Shown one piece after another: positions 14,965 through 23,673 of a stretch of 33,255 bases of DNA. Under the pieces are notes generated by a model that made no database searches, was not told the origin of the DNA, and worked only from the letters and a program-made list of their open reading frames with translations. This stretch comes from a virus (Duplodnaviria > Heunggongvirae > Uroviricota > Caudoviricetes). Position 1 is the stretch's first letter, and each line of letters opens with the position of its first letter. The DNA lies in the IMG/VR virus record IMGVR_UViG_2737471834_000009, one strand, 5' to 3'. Position numbers and translations under genes: made by a program.

Positions 14965-16023
14965 GTGCGGGTATTACTTCGACCTGTTCTGGTACCGGAA
15001 CTCGGGCTGGTGATCGTTAAGCCGGGCCGTGAATCCATGCCGGTATTCCACAATACCCGGTTACTGGTGGAGCCGGAACCGAAAAGCATGCGTAATCTGC
15101 CGTCCGGGGTCGTTCCTGCCGCTCGCCAGCCGCTGGTGGAAGACAAAACATTGCTGCCGTTTTTCAGTAACGCACGGGTGATTCGTGCTGCTGGTGGTGC
15201 TGGTGCATTGTCTGACTGGCTGTTGCGCCATATTAAATCCTGCCAGTGGCCACACGGCGATTATCATCACAGCGAAACCGTCATTCACCGTTATGGTACC
15301 GGCGCAATGGTGTTGTGCTGGCACTGCGACAACCAGCTGCGTGACCAGACATCAGAATCACTCGAGCAACTTGCTCATCAAAACTTGTCAGCATGGATGA
15401 TTGACGTCATCCGTCACGCAATCAGCGGTACGCAGGAGAGGGAGTTATCGCTGGCTGAATTATCCTGGTGGGCGGTCTGCAATCAGGTGGCTGATGCGCT
15501 TCCGGAGTCTGTATTGTGTCGTTCACTGGGATTACCGGTGGAAAAAATCCGCTCCGTATACCGTGAGAGTGACATCGTACCGGGAGAACAGACTGCCACC
15601 AGCATACTGAAGCAGCGCACAAAAAATATTGCGCTGCCACTTCACGTCCACCAGCAACAGCCCCCACTCCAGGAAAAGACGTTAGTAAGCATCGCCGTTG
15701 ATCCGGAGTCTCCGGCTCAGTATCTCCAGCGCCAGAAACCACAACGGGAAGAGATGCCTGTATACACGCGCTGGGTAAAAACGCAGAAATGCATGACGTG
15801 CGGTAATCAGGCAGATGATCCGCATCACATCATTGGTCATGGACTGGGAGGGATGGGAACAAAGGCTGATGATTTGTTTGTTATTCCGCTGTGCCGTAAA
15901 TGTCATAACGAACTGCACGCCGGGGTAAAAGATTTTGAAGAAAAACACGGCAGCCAGCTGTTGTTGCTGATTCGTTTTTTAATGCACGCGAGAAATTCGG
16001 GTGTCCTGAAGTGGAAAGCATGA
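14965..16023 (+). CDS. DUF968/YdfU-like protein with C-terminal HNH-like zinc-finger motif
   Basis: 352-aa ORF, GTG start with RBS GGAGG; C-terminus CMTCGNQADDPHHIIGHG...CRKCHNELH; same size and position as Qin prophage ydfU next to Q. Confidence 0.7.
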   Translation: MRVLLRPVLVPELGLVIVKPGRESMPVFHNTRLLVEPEPKSMRNLPSGVVPAARQPLVEDKTLLPFFSNARVIRAAGGAGALSDWLLRHIKSCQWPHGDYHHSETVIHRYGTGAMVLCWHCDNQLRDQTSESLEQLAHQNLSAWMIDVIRHAISGTQERELSLAELSWWAVCNQVADALPESVLCRSLGLPVEKIRSVYRESDIVPGEQTATSILKQRTKNIALPLHVHQQQPPLQEKTLVSIAVDPESPAQYLQRQKPQREEMPVYTRWVKTQKCMTCGNQADDPHHIIGHGLGGMGTKADDLFVIPLCRKCHNELHAGVKDFEEKHGSQLLLLIRFLMHARNSGVLKWKA

Positions 16024-16389
16024 ATGACTGAACGCATAGAATTTGTTTTGCCTTACCCGCCGACGGTGAATACCTACTGGCGACGTCATGGCAATACGTA
16101 TTTCATCTCGGAGGCCGGAAAGCGTTATCGCCGTGATGTGGCGCTAATTGTTCGCCAGCAGCGGCTGAAATTAAACCTGTCCGGAAGGCTGGCGATAAAG
16201 ATTATTGCAGAGCCACCGGATAAGCGCCGTCGTGACCTGGACAATATCCTGAAAGCACCACTGGATGCGCTGACGCATGCCGGACTTATCATAGACGACG
16301 AGCAGTTTGATGAAATCAATATTGTGCGCGGTCAGCTCGTTCCTGGTGGGCGGCTGGGGATAAAAATCACAGAACTGGAGTGCGCATGA
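16024..16389 (+). CDS. rusA: Holliday junction resolvase RusA
   Basis: 121-aa product with RusA hallmarks (LPYPPTVNTYWRRHG...DKRRRDLDNILKAPLDALTHAGLIIDDEQ); ATGA overlap with upstream stop. Confidence 0.9.
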   Translation: MTERIEFVLPYPPTVNTYWRRHGNTYFISEAGKRYRRDVALIVRQQRLKLNLSGRLAIKIIAEPPDKRRRDLDNILKAPLDALTHAGLIIDDEQFDEINIVRGQLVPGGRLGIKITELECA

Positions 16390-17075
16390 ATAACCAGTAT
16401 TTACAGTTTGTGCGTGAGCAGCTCATTATCGCCACCGCTGATTTGAGTGGGGCAACAAAAGGTCAGCTTGAAGCCTGGCAGGAGAATGCCATGTTCGATA
16501 CAGGGCGTTACAGGCGTAAAAAAATCCGGTACCGAGATGAAGTGACCGGAAAAATGATTACGCGGGATAATCCACCAATCCCGGGAAAACAATCACTGGT
16601 GAAAGGCTCATCAATTGCCCTGGTCAGCCCGGTTGAGTTTTCGACATCATCGTGGCGGCGGGCTGTTTTGTCTCTTGAAGAACATCATAAAGCCTGGTTG
16701 TTGTGGAGTTACAGCGGGAGTATTTGTTGGGAATATCAGATCGCGATAACACAGTGGGCGTGGAATGAATTTAATACTCAATCAGGTACCAGAAAAATTG
16801 CAGGGAAAACGCAGGAACGCCTGAAAAAATTAATCTGGCTGGCGGCGCAGGCAGTAAAAGCAGAACTTTTTGGTGGGGAAGGTTATGAATACCAGGAGCT
16901 GGCATTACTGGCGGGAGTGACAACTAAAAACTGGTCCAAAACATTTACTCGTCACTGGGTTGCAATGAAACACATTTTTCAACGACTGGATAGTGAGGCT
17001 TTATTGTTTGTAATGAGAACACGTTCAAAACAAAAGGCGGCATTTTCAAAGCAAAGTGTTGCAAAAGTAGATTGA
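16386..17075 (+). CDS. late gene antiterminator Q-like protein
   Basis: About 230 aa, immediately upstream of a promoter and short terminated transcript and then the lysis genes; start overlaps rusA stop. Confidence 0.7.
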   Translation: MNNQYLQFVREQLIIATADLSGATKGQLEAWQENAMFDTGRYRRKKIRYRDEVTGKMITRDNPPIPGKQSLVKGSSIALVSPVEFSTSSWRRAVLSLEEHHKAWLLWSYSGSICWEYQIAITQWAWNEFNTQSGTRKIAGKTQERLKKLIWLAAQAVKAELFGGEGYEYQELALLAGVTTKNWSKTFTRHWVAMKHIFQRLDSEALLFVMRTRSKQKAAFSKQSVAKVD

Positions 17076-17087
17076 AAGGCATATATT
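17059..17087 (+). promoter_or_regulatory. putative late promoter pR'-like
   Basis: -35 TTGCAA (17059-17064), 17-bp spacer, -10 TATATT (17082-17087), overlapping the 3' end of Q. Confidence 0.5.
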
Positions 17088-17141
17088 TCATGCAAATCTG
17101 ATATTTTGCCGATTTTGTACGTGATGGCAAAAGCAAACAAA

Positions 17142-17165
17142 ACCCGCCCACAAGCGGGTTTTTTT
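17142..17165 (+). terminator. intrinsic terminator tR'-like
   Basis: CCCGC-CCACAA-GCGGG followed by T7, about 55 nt downstream of the predicted pR' start site. Confidence 0.7.
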
Positions 17166-17247
17166 GTGCCACTTATCTCGGATAGAAATGGTGAATGCGC
17201 TGGTGGAGGAGCTAAGGGTGATTTTTAACCAGGTGATTTTTGAATGC

Positions 17248-17276
17248 TTGCAACATTGATTTCGTAACGTTATTAT
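17248..17276 (+). promoter_or_regulatory. putative sigma70 promoter for the tRNA cluster
   Basis: -35 TTGCAA, 17-bp spacer, -10 TATTAT, ending 10 nt before the first tRNA. Confidence 0.5.
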
Positions 17277-17285
17277 CCTGCGCCC

Positions 17286-17361
17286 GGCCCTTTAGCTCAG
17301 TGGTGAGAGCGAGCGACTCATAATCGCCAGGTCGCTGGTTCAAATCCAGCAAGGGCCACCA
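17286..17361 (+). tRNA. tRNA, anticodon CAU (ileX/ileZ-like tRNA-Ile2; tRNA-Met not excluded)
   Basis: Manual cloverleaf: acceptor GGCCCTT/AAGGGCC, anticodon loop CTCATAA, T-loop TTCAAAT, CCA encoded; close to remembered ileX. Confidence 0.8.
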
Positions 17362-17362
17362 A

Positions 17363-17439
17363 CCGCCACTAGCTCATCAGGAAAGAGCGTCAACCCTTTA
17401 AGTTGAGTGTGCGAGGTTCGAGTCCCCGGTGGCGGTCCA
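17363..17439 (+). tRNA. atypical tRNA, anticodon loop CCTTTAA (anticodon UUU, Lys-like, with C at position 33)
   Basis: Manual cloverleaf: acceptor CCGCCAC/GTGGCGG (C1-G72), D-loop with GG, T-loop TTCGAGT, CCA encoded; isotype uncertain. Confidence 0.55.
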
Positions 17440-17441
17440 GT

Positions 17442-17517
<76 letters not shown>

Positions 17518-17520
17518 TAT

Positions 17521-17595
<75 letters not shown>

Positions 17596-17601
17596 GTTAG
17601 A

Positions 17602-17647
17602 GTCTTTCAGTCTGCGATGATGGGAAATCCCGGAGTGACTGAAAGAC
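17602..17647. repeat. perfect 11-bp inverted repeat (GTCTTTCAGTC / GACTGAAAGAC) with 24-nt loop
   Basis: Directly after the last tRNA. Confidence 0.7.
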
Positions 17648-17654
17648 GTTTAAG

Positions 17655-17727
17655 TTATGAATGATCGCCTTTTTTTGCAAAATTGCTGTGCAGAAATACT
17701 AACCTTCGGGCAGGCGATCATTCATAA
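17655..17727. repeat. perfect 15-bp inverted repeat (TTATGAATGATCGCC / GGCGATCATTCATAA) with 43-nt spacer
   Basis: Read directly from sequence; no ORF of appreciable size inside. Confidence 0.7.
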
Positions 17728-17801
17728 GCACTCTGCTTTTATTCCGATTAACTGTGGGTGGTTTGTTGGATAGAGTGCTTTCCTTTCTGTATATATCGTT
17801 T

Positions 17802-17826
17802 CGCCCGCTTTTGCGGGTTTTTCTTT
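17802..17826 (+). terminator. intrinsic terminator-like hairpin upstream of the lysis cassette
   Basis: CGCCCGC-TTTT-GCGGG followed by a T-run. Confidence 0.55.
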
Positions 17827-17887
17827 TCAAATCCCTTTCATTTCTCAGTGTAAAACTACGCCATCCGTTATTTGCGGAGGTGAGGCT

Positions 17888-18103
17888 ATGAAATCCATGG
17901 ACAAAATTTCAACGGGCATTGCCTATGGCACCTCCGCAGGCAGTGCTGGCTACTGGTTTTTACAGTGGCTTGATCAGGTCAGTCCGTCACAGTGGGCTGC
18001 GATTGGTGTGCTGGGGAGTCTGGTTCTGGGCTTCCTGACTTATCTGACAAATCTGTACTTCAAAATCAGAGAAGACAAGCGTAAGGCTGCACGGGGAGAG
18101 TAA
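17888..18103 (+). CDS. class II holin (phage 21 S-type pinholin) with dual-start motif
   Basis: 71-aa product [28 protein letters not shown]...; two TM segments; Met1/Met4 dual start. Confidence 0.9.
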   Translation: MKSMDKISTGIAYGTSAGSAGYWFLQWLDQVSPSQWAAIGVLGSLVLGFLTYLTNLYFKIREDKRKAARGE

Positions 18104-18107
18104 TTCA

Positions 18108-18458
18108 ATGACTCAAAACTATGAACTGATTGTGAAAGGGATCCGCAATTTTGAGAATAAAGTTACGGTAACTTTAGCGTTACGGGACAAAAAACGCTTT
18201 GACGGTGAAATTTTTGACCTGGACATCTCGCTGGACCGTGTTGAAGGTGCCGCGCTGGAGTTTTATGAGGCAGCAGCCAGAAGGAGCATCAGACAGGTCT
18301 TCCTGGATGTTGCTGCCGGGTTATGTGAAGGGGATGAGCAGTCGCCGGAAAAGCGCCCCGTAATTTTAGATGCGCAGAATGTGTGGATAACCTACAAAGG
18401 AAAGCTACCAGGAAGAATTACTGGTTCTCTGAAGACTCCTCCGGAATCACAACCTTAA
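18108..18458 (+). CDS. hypothetical protein between holin and endolysin (YdfR-like position)
   Basis: 116-aa soluble ORF; the same position in the Qin prophage is occupied by ydfR. Confidence 0.55.
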   Translation: MTQNYELIVKGIRNFENKVTVTLALRDKKRFDGEIFDLDISLDRVEGAALEFYEAAARRSIRQVFLDVAAGLCEGDEQSPEKRPVILDAQNVWITYKGKLPGRITGSLKTPPESQP

Positions 18459-18521
18459 GTCACTGACCGGAACAGATAAACCTGTCCGTGGGCAGAAACC
18501 GATAAATCCTGATAAATATCC

Positions 18522-19055
18522 ATGAACGCAAAAATCAGATACGGCCTGTCGGCTGCCGTTCTGACACTGATTGCCGTCGGTGCGCCCGCGCCTGATATTC
18601 TCGACCAGTTTCTGGATGAAAAAGAGGGTAACCACACAACGGCATACCGCGATGGGTCCGGCATCTGGACCATCTGTCGGGGTGCCACGATGGTGGATGG
18701 AAAACCCGTTTTTCCCGGTATGAAACTGTCGAAGGAAAAATGCGACCAGGTCAACGCCATTGAGCGTGATAAGGCGCTGGCATGGGTGGAGCGCAATATT
18801 AAAGTACCACTGACCGAACCACAAAAAGCGGGTATCGCGTCATTTTGTCCCTATAACATTGGCCCCGGTAAGTGTTTTCCGTCGACGTTTTATAAGCGGC
18901 TGAATGCCGGTGATCGTAAGGGCGCATGCGAGGCGATTCGCTGGTGGATAAAAGATGGTGGGCGCGATTGCCGCATACGTTCAAATAACTGCTATGGACA
19001 GGTTATTCGTCGTGACCAGGAAAGCGCATTAGCCTGTTGGGGGATAGATCAGTGA
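18522..19055 (+). CDS. SAR endolysin (lysozyme, phage 21 R / P1 Lyz type)
   Basis: N-terminal signal-anchor-release segment ([17 protein letters not shown]) and lysozyme catalytic region (E-x8-D-x5-T: [16 protein letters not shown]). Confidence 0.9.
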   Translation: MNAKIRYGLSAAVLTLIAVGAPAPDILDQFLDEKEGNHTTAYRDGSGIWTICRGATMVDGKPVFPGMKLSKEKCDQVNAIERDKALAWVERNIKVPLTEPQKAGIASFCPYNIGPGKCFPSTFYKRLNAGDRKGACEAIRWWIKDGGRDCRIRSNNCYGQVIRRDQESALACWGIDQ

Positions 19056-19519
19056 GCAGAGTCGCCGCGATTATTTATGCTCTGGTTATCTGCATCATCG
19101 TCTGCCTGTCGTGGGCGGTCAATCATTACCGTGATAACGCCATCGCCTACAAAGAACAGCGTGATAAAAAAGTCAGTGAGCTGAAGCTGGCGATCGCCAC
19201 CATCGCTGACATGCAGCAGCGTCAGCGTGATGTTGCTGCGCTCGATGCAAAGTACTCGAGAGAATTAGCCAATGCGCAAGCTGAAAATGAAACTCTGCGC
19301 GCTGATGTTGCCGCTGGCCGTAAGCGCCTGCGGGTCAATGCCAGTTGCTCCGCAGCCGTGCGTGAAGCCACCGGACCCACCAGCGTGGATAATGCAACCA
19401 TCCCCCGACTGGCAGACACCGCTGAACGGGATTATTTCACCCTCAGAGACCGATTGATGACGATGCAGATGCAACTGGAAGGGGCGCAGGAATATATCCG
19501 CACTCAGTGCATTAAGTAG
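19052..19519 (+). CDS. Rz: i-spanin Rz
   Basis: GTG start overlapping the endolysin stop; N-terminal TM followed by coiled-coil; product [31 protein letters not shown]... Confidence 0.85.
   Translation: MSRVAAIIYALVICIIVCLSWAVNHYRDNAIAYKEQRDKKVSELKLAIATIADMQQRQRDVAALDAKYSRELANAQAENETLRADVAAGRKRLRVNASCSAAVREATGPTSVDNATIPRLADTAERDYFTLRDRLMTMQMQLEGAQEYIRTQCIK
19272..19457 (+). CDS. Rz1: o-spanin Rz1 (lipoprotein), embedded in the +1 frame of Rz
   Basis: Lipobox LAVSAC, proline-rich mature region ([21 protein letters not shown]); entirely within Rz. Confidence 0.8.
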   Translation: MRKLKMKLCALMLPLAVSACGSMPVAPQPCVKPPDPPAWIMQPSPDWQTPLNGIISPSETD

Positions 19520-19561
19520 CCTTTTTATCGTGGTAAACATTTCGCAGGGTATGAGGTATTT

Positions 19562-19912
19562 ATGCCATCACGAATCCCACGCGCCTGCCGTAAGCGTGGA
19601 TGTGCAGGTACAACCACAGACAGTTCTGGTTACTGCGATAAACATCGTGGCGAAGGATGGGTACAGCATCAACGCGGACTGAGCCGCCACCAGCGTGGCT
19701 ATGGCTCGAAATGGGATGCCATACGTGCGCGCATACTGAAGCGTGATAATCATCTGTGTCAGAACTGCCTGCGCAATGGGAGAGCCGTTGAAGCCAGAAC
19801 TGTGGACCACATCATTCCGAAAGCTCATGGTGGCACGGATGCAGACAGTAACCTGCAGAGTCTGTGCTGGCCCTGTCATAAAGCAAAAACAGCGCGCGAA
19901 CGCATCAATTGA
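19562..19912 (+). CDS. HNH endonuclease (terminase-associated)
   Basis: CxxC...H-N-H...CxxCH motifs (CQNCLRNG...DHIIPKAHGGTDADSNLQSLCWPCHKAK); directly upstream of the terminase genes. Confidence 0.85.
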   Translation: MPSRIPRACRKRGCAGTTTDSSGYCDKHRGEGWVQHQRGLSRHQRGYGSKWDAIRARILKRDNHLCQNCLRNGRAVEARTVDHIIPKAHGGTDADSNLQSLCWPCHKAKTARERIN

Positions 19913-20059
19913 TAACAGTTCCCATCTGTAGGGGAGGGGCGGGTCAAATCTCTGCAACCCTGGCTGCTCAGTACCGCCGCCTGACCTTTCCTCACATCGC
20001 CGCAGGTTCGAAAACTTTTTTTGGAAATGTGAACAAACGATTGATAGGTAAAACCGATT

Positions 20060-20542
20060 ATGTCTGGACCCCCGAAAACCCCGCCACGCCTGCATTTGAT
20101 ACGAGGCAACCCCTCAAAGCGCCCCGTTAAAGACTCAAAAAAAACCGCTAAAAAGGATGAAAAAGGTCTCCCTAAAATTCCGCAACATTTAGGGGCGCAG
20201 GGGAAGTACTGGTTCAGGCGAATGGCAGAAGAACTGAATGCGGAAGGGATCATTTCTCAGCTTGATGCGCGTGCACTCGAGTTACTGGTGGAAGCCTACA
20301 CCGAATACCGGCATCACTGCGAAACCCTCGATGTTGAGGGATATACCTACCGCACGGAAACGCAGAACGGTGATGTGCTGATTAAGGCACACCCCGCGGC
20401 GGCAATGAAAGCGGATGCCTGGAAGAGGATCAGGGCGATGCTTGCAGAGTTTGGCATGTCACCGGCAAGCCGGGCTAAAGTAAATATCGCCGGACCTGAT
20501 GATGTCGATCCGCTGGCGGAGCTTTTAAAAGCGAGAGACTGA
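20060..20542 (+). CDS. terminase small subunit (P27/HK97 gp1-like family)
   Basis: 160-aa basic N-terminus; immediately precedes and overlaps the terminase large subunit (TGATG). Confidence 0.75.
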   Translation: MSGPPKTPPRLHLIRGNPSKRPVKDSKKTAKKDEKGLPKIPQHLGAQGKYWFRRMAEELNAEGIISQLDARALELLVEAYTEYRHHCETLDVEGYTYRTETQNGDVLIKAHPAAAMKADAWKRIRAMLAEFGMSPASRAKVNIAGPDDVDPLAELLKARD

Positions 20543-22299
20543 TGGCAAAAGTGGCTGACGGGATCCGCTACGCCGAACGTGTTGTTGCAGGAGAAATTGT
20601 TGCTGGCGAATTTGTCCGTCTGGCCTGCCAGCGTTTTCTTGATGATCTGAAGTACGGCGAGAAGCGGGGGATTTATTTCAGTGAACCCCGTGCGCAGCAC
20701 ATCCTGAATTTCTACAAATTTGTACCCCATGTGAAAGGGGCGCTGGCAGGCCAGCCCATTGAGTTGATGGACTGGCATGTATTTATCCTCATTAATATTT
20801 TTGGTTTTGTCATTCCGCTGGTCAATGAAGAGACCGGGGAAGTTGTCATGCGCAGCGATGGCAGCGGACGTCCGGTGATGGTGCGCCGGTTCCGGACGGC
20901 GTACAACGAAGTCGCCCGTAAAAACGCAAAATCAACTCTGTCATCGGGTATCGGCCTGTATATGACGGGGGCAGATGGTGAAGGCGGAGCTGAGGTGTAT
21001 TCAGCCGCAACCACGCGTGACCAGGCCAGAATCGTGTTTGAAGACGCCAAAAATATGGTCAGAAAAGCCCGGTCGACACTCGGGCGGTTGTTTGATTTCA
21101 ACAAGCTGGCGATTTACCAGGAGCAGAGCGCATCAAAATTTGAACCGCTTTCTTCGGATGCAAACAACCTGGATGGTCTGAACATCCACTGCGCCATTAT
21201 TGATGAGCTGCATGCACATAAAACCCGTGACGTGTGGGACGTTCTGGAAACGGCAACCGGTGCTCGTCTGCAGTCCCTTTTATTTGGTATCACCACGGCA
21301 GGGTTTAACAAGGAAGGGATTTGTTACGAGCAGCGTGATTACGCCATCAAGGTATTGCGTGGCTATAACAGCGACGTGGAGGGCGCGGTAAAAGACGACT
21401 CCTACTTTGCGATTATTTACACCCTCGATGAGGGAGATGATCCGTTTGATGAAACGGTCTGGCAGAAAGCGAATCCCGGCCTGGGCATCTGTAAACGCTG
21501 GGATGATCTGCGTCGCTTGGCGAAAAAAGCGAAAGAACAGGTCTCTGCACGGGTGAATTTTTTTACCAAACACATGAATGTGTGGGTAACAGCAGAGTCT
21601 GCCTGGATGGACATGATTAAGTGGGAGAAGTGCGAATACATTGCCCCACGACATGAGCTGAAAACGTATCCCATGTGGGTCGGCGTTGACCTTGCTCATA
21701 AGATTGATATCTGTGCGGCGGCAAAACTCTGGCGAACGGATAACGGGCATGTTCATGCCGATTTTAAATTCTGGCTCCCGGAAGGACGGCTGGAACGATG
21801 CTCGCGGCAGCAGGCAGAACTTTACCGGAAGTGGGCGGAGATGGATAAGCTGATTCTGACGGATGGTGATGTTATCGATCATGCTCAGATAAAAAGTGAC
21901 TTACTGGAATGGATTGGTGGTGAAAATCTCAGGGAACTGGGATTTGACCCGTGGAGCGCGATGCAGTTCAGCCTGGCACTGGCTGAAGAAGGGATACCGC
22001 TGGTGGAGGTTCCGCAGACGGTTCGCAATCTGTCAGAGGCCATGAAGGAAACGGAATCACTGGTCTATGCCGGGCGTTTCCATCACAGCAATCATCCGGT
22101 CATGAACTGGATGATGTCTAACGTTACGGTAAAACCGGACAAAAACGACAACATCTTCCCGAATAAATCCACGCCTGAAGCCAAAATCGACGGCCCTGTT
22201 GCACTTTTTACGGCCATGAGCCGCTTTCTGGTAAATGGCGGGGACGTGAATGACTTTCTGTCCACGCTTGATCCTGATGAGGACCTGTTAATTCTGTGA
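20542..22299 (+). CDS. terminase large subunit
   Basis: 585-aa ORF at the head of the head-gene module; ATPase and nuclease acidic motifs visible. Confidence 0.9.
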   Translation: MAKVADGIRYAERVVAGEIVAGEFVRLACQRFLDDLKYGEKRGIYFSEPRAQHILNFYKFVPHVKGALAGQPIELMDWHVFILINIFGFVIPLVNEETGEVVMRSDGSGRPVMVRRFRTAYNEVARKNAKSTLSSGIGLYMTGADGEGGAEVYSAATTRDQARIVFEDAKNMVRKARSTLGRLFDFNKLAIYQEQSASKFEPLSSDANNLDGLNIHCAIIDELHAHKTRDVWDVLETATGARLQSLLFGITTAGFNKEGICYEQRDYAIKVLRGYNSDVEGAVKDDSYFAIIYTLDEGDDPFDETVWQKANPGLGICKRWDDLRRLAKKAKEQVSARVNFFTKHMNVWVTAESAWMDMIKWEKCEYIAPRHELKTYPMWVGVDLAHKIDICAAAKLWRTDNGHVHADFKFWLPEGRLERCSRQQAELYRKWAEMDKLILTDGDVIDHAQIKSDLLEWIGGENLRELGFDPWSAMQFSLALAEEGIPLVEVPQTVRNLSEAMKETESLVYAGRFHHSNHPVMNWMMSNVTVKPDKNDNIFPNKSTPEAKIDGPVALFTAMSRFLVNGGDVNDFLSTLDPDEDLLIL

Positions 22300-22316
22300 A
22301 ACAGCTTATTACTGAT

Positions 22317-22457
22317 ATGACCGGGCTGATCGGTTTCGGTCTGCTCACTGCTGGTGTTTATCTGTATGCAGGTCTGCCAGCGTCTCTGATGCTGTCTGGC
22401 TGTTTGTTGCTGCTTTATGCACTGGTGGTGTCCATGAGGAGAAAACATGCTTCTTGA
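22317..22457 (+). CDS. possible 46-aa hydrophobic peptide between terminase and portal
   Basis: Hand-translated MTGLIGFGLLTAGVYLYAGLPASLMLSGCLLLLYALVVSMRRKHAS; overlaps the portal start; no RBS evaluated. Confidence 0.25.
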   Translation: MTGLIGFGLLTAGVYLYAGLPASLMLSGCLLLLYALVVSMRRKHAS

Positions 22458-23673
22458 TGCTCTGTTTCGCAGTGAGCCTCTGGAAAATCCCTCGGTTCCG
22501 GTAACCGGAGAGGCCGCTGAGACGGATAATATTTTTGCCCGGGATGTGTATGTCAGTCCGGAAACATCCATGAAGCTGGCTGCTGTCTATGCCTGTATTT
22601 ATGTTATTTCATCCAGTGTGGCTCAGATGCCCCTGCATGTGATGCGAAAAACGAATGAGCATGTTCAGCCGGCACGCGATCATCCGTTGTTCTGGCTCGT
22701 TCATGATGAACCTAATGCCTGGCAGACCAGCTATAAGTGGCGGGAACTGAAGCAGCGTCATGTGCTGGGGTGGGGCAATGGTTATACGTGGGTAAAACGT
22801 AATCGTCGTGGTGAGGTTACCAGCCTTGAATGCTGTATGCCATGGGAAACCACGTTACTTAACACCGGTGGGCGTCATACTTACGGGGTGTATAACGAAG
22901 AGGGGGCATTTGCGGTAAGTCCGGACGACATGATCCATATCAGGGCGCTGGGAAACAATCAGAAAATGGGACTGAGTCCGATCATGCAGCATGCTGAAAC
23001 CATTGGTATGGGAATGAGTGGTCAGCAGTATACCAGTGCTTTTTTTAACGGTAATGCCCGTCCTGCCGGGATTGTTTCTGTGAAAAATGAACTGAACGAA
23101 CAGAGTTGGAGCAGGCTCAAGAATATGTGGCAGCGGGCGGTGACAGCGCTTCGCAGTCAGGAAAATAAAACCATGCTGCTGCCTGCGCAACTGGATTACC
23201 GTGCCCTGACAGTTTCTCCGGTGGATGCTCAGATCATTGATATGACCAAGCTGAACCGGTCGATGATTGCCGGAATTTTTAATGTCCCGGCGCACATGAT
23301 TAATGACCTGGAAAAAGCCACATTTTCGAATATTACACAGCAGGCGATTCAGTTTGTTCGCTACACGATGATGCCCTGGGTTGCGAACTGGGAGCAGGAG
23401 CTTAACCGTCGCCTGTTTACCCGCACAGAACGGGCTGCCGGGTATTACGTTCGTTTCAACCTTACAGGATTGCTCCGCGGGACTCCGCAGGAGCGTGCGC
23501 AGTTTTATCACTTTGCCATTACAGATGGCTGGATGAGCCGGAATGAAGCGAGGGCATTTGAGGACATGAACCCGGTTGATGGTCTGGATGAAATGCTGGT
23601 CAGCGTAAATGCAGCAAATCCGTTGAATGATTTTAAAGATACGAAAGGCAAAGAGGAAAAGAACGATGAATGA
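22447..23673 (+). CDS. portal protein (HK97 family)
   Basis: 408-aa ORF following the terminase, followed by prohead protease and major capsid. Confidence 0.9.
   Translation: MLLDALFRSEPLENPSVPVTGEAAETDNIFARDVYVSPETSMKLAAVYACIYVISSSVAQMPLHVMRKTNEHVQPARDHPLFWLVHDEPNAWQTSYKWRELKQRHVLGWGNGYTWVKRNRRGEVTSLECCMPWETTLLNTGGRHTYGVYNEEGAFAVSPDDMIHIRALGNNQKMGLSPIMQHAETIGMGMSGQQYTSAFFNGNARPAGIVSVKNELNEQSWSRLKNMWQRAVTALRSQENKTMLLPAQLDYRALTVSPVDAQIIDMTKLNRSMIAGIFNVPAHMINDLEKATFSNITQQAIQFVRYTMMPWVANWEQELNRRLFTRTERAAGYYVRFNLTGLLRGTPQERAQFYHFAITDGWMSRNEARAFEDMNPVDGLDEMLVSVNAANPLNDFKDTKGKEEKNDE

Noticed and set aside
17655-17727. 15-bp perfect inverted repeat as ends of an insertion sequence or MITE
   Set aside because: Only 43 bp between the arms, no transposase and no obvious target-site duplication; an RNA hairpin or recombination scar is more plausible, though a MITE-like origin cannot be excluded without a database search.
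17596-17887. Expectation of toxin or virulence cargo (e.g. stx) between the tRNAs and the holin
   Set aside because: No ORF of meaningful size in this interval; only palindromes and a terminator were found.
20712-21882. Minus-strand ORFs inside the terminase large subunit gene
   Set aside because: Embedded antisense ORFs with no independent support; the plus-strand terminase frame is continuous.
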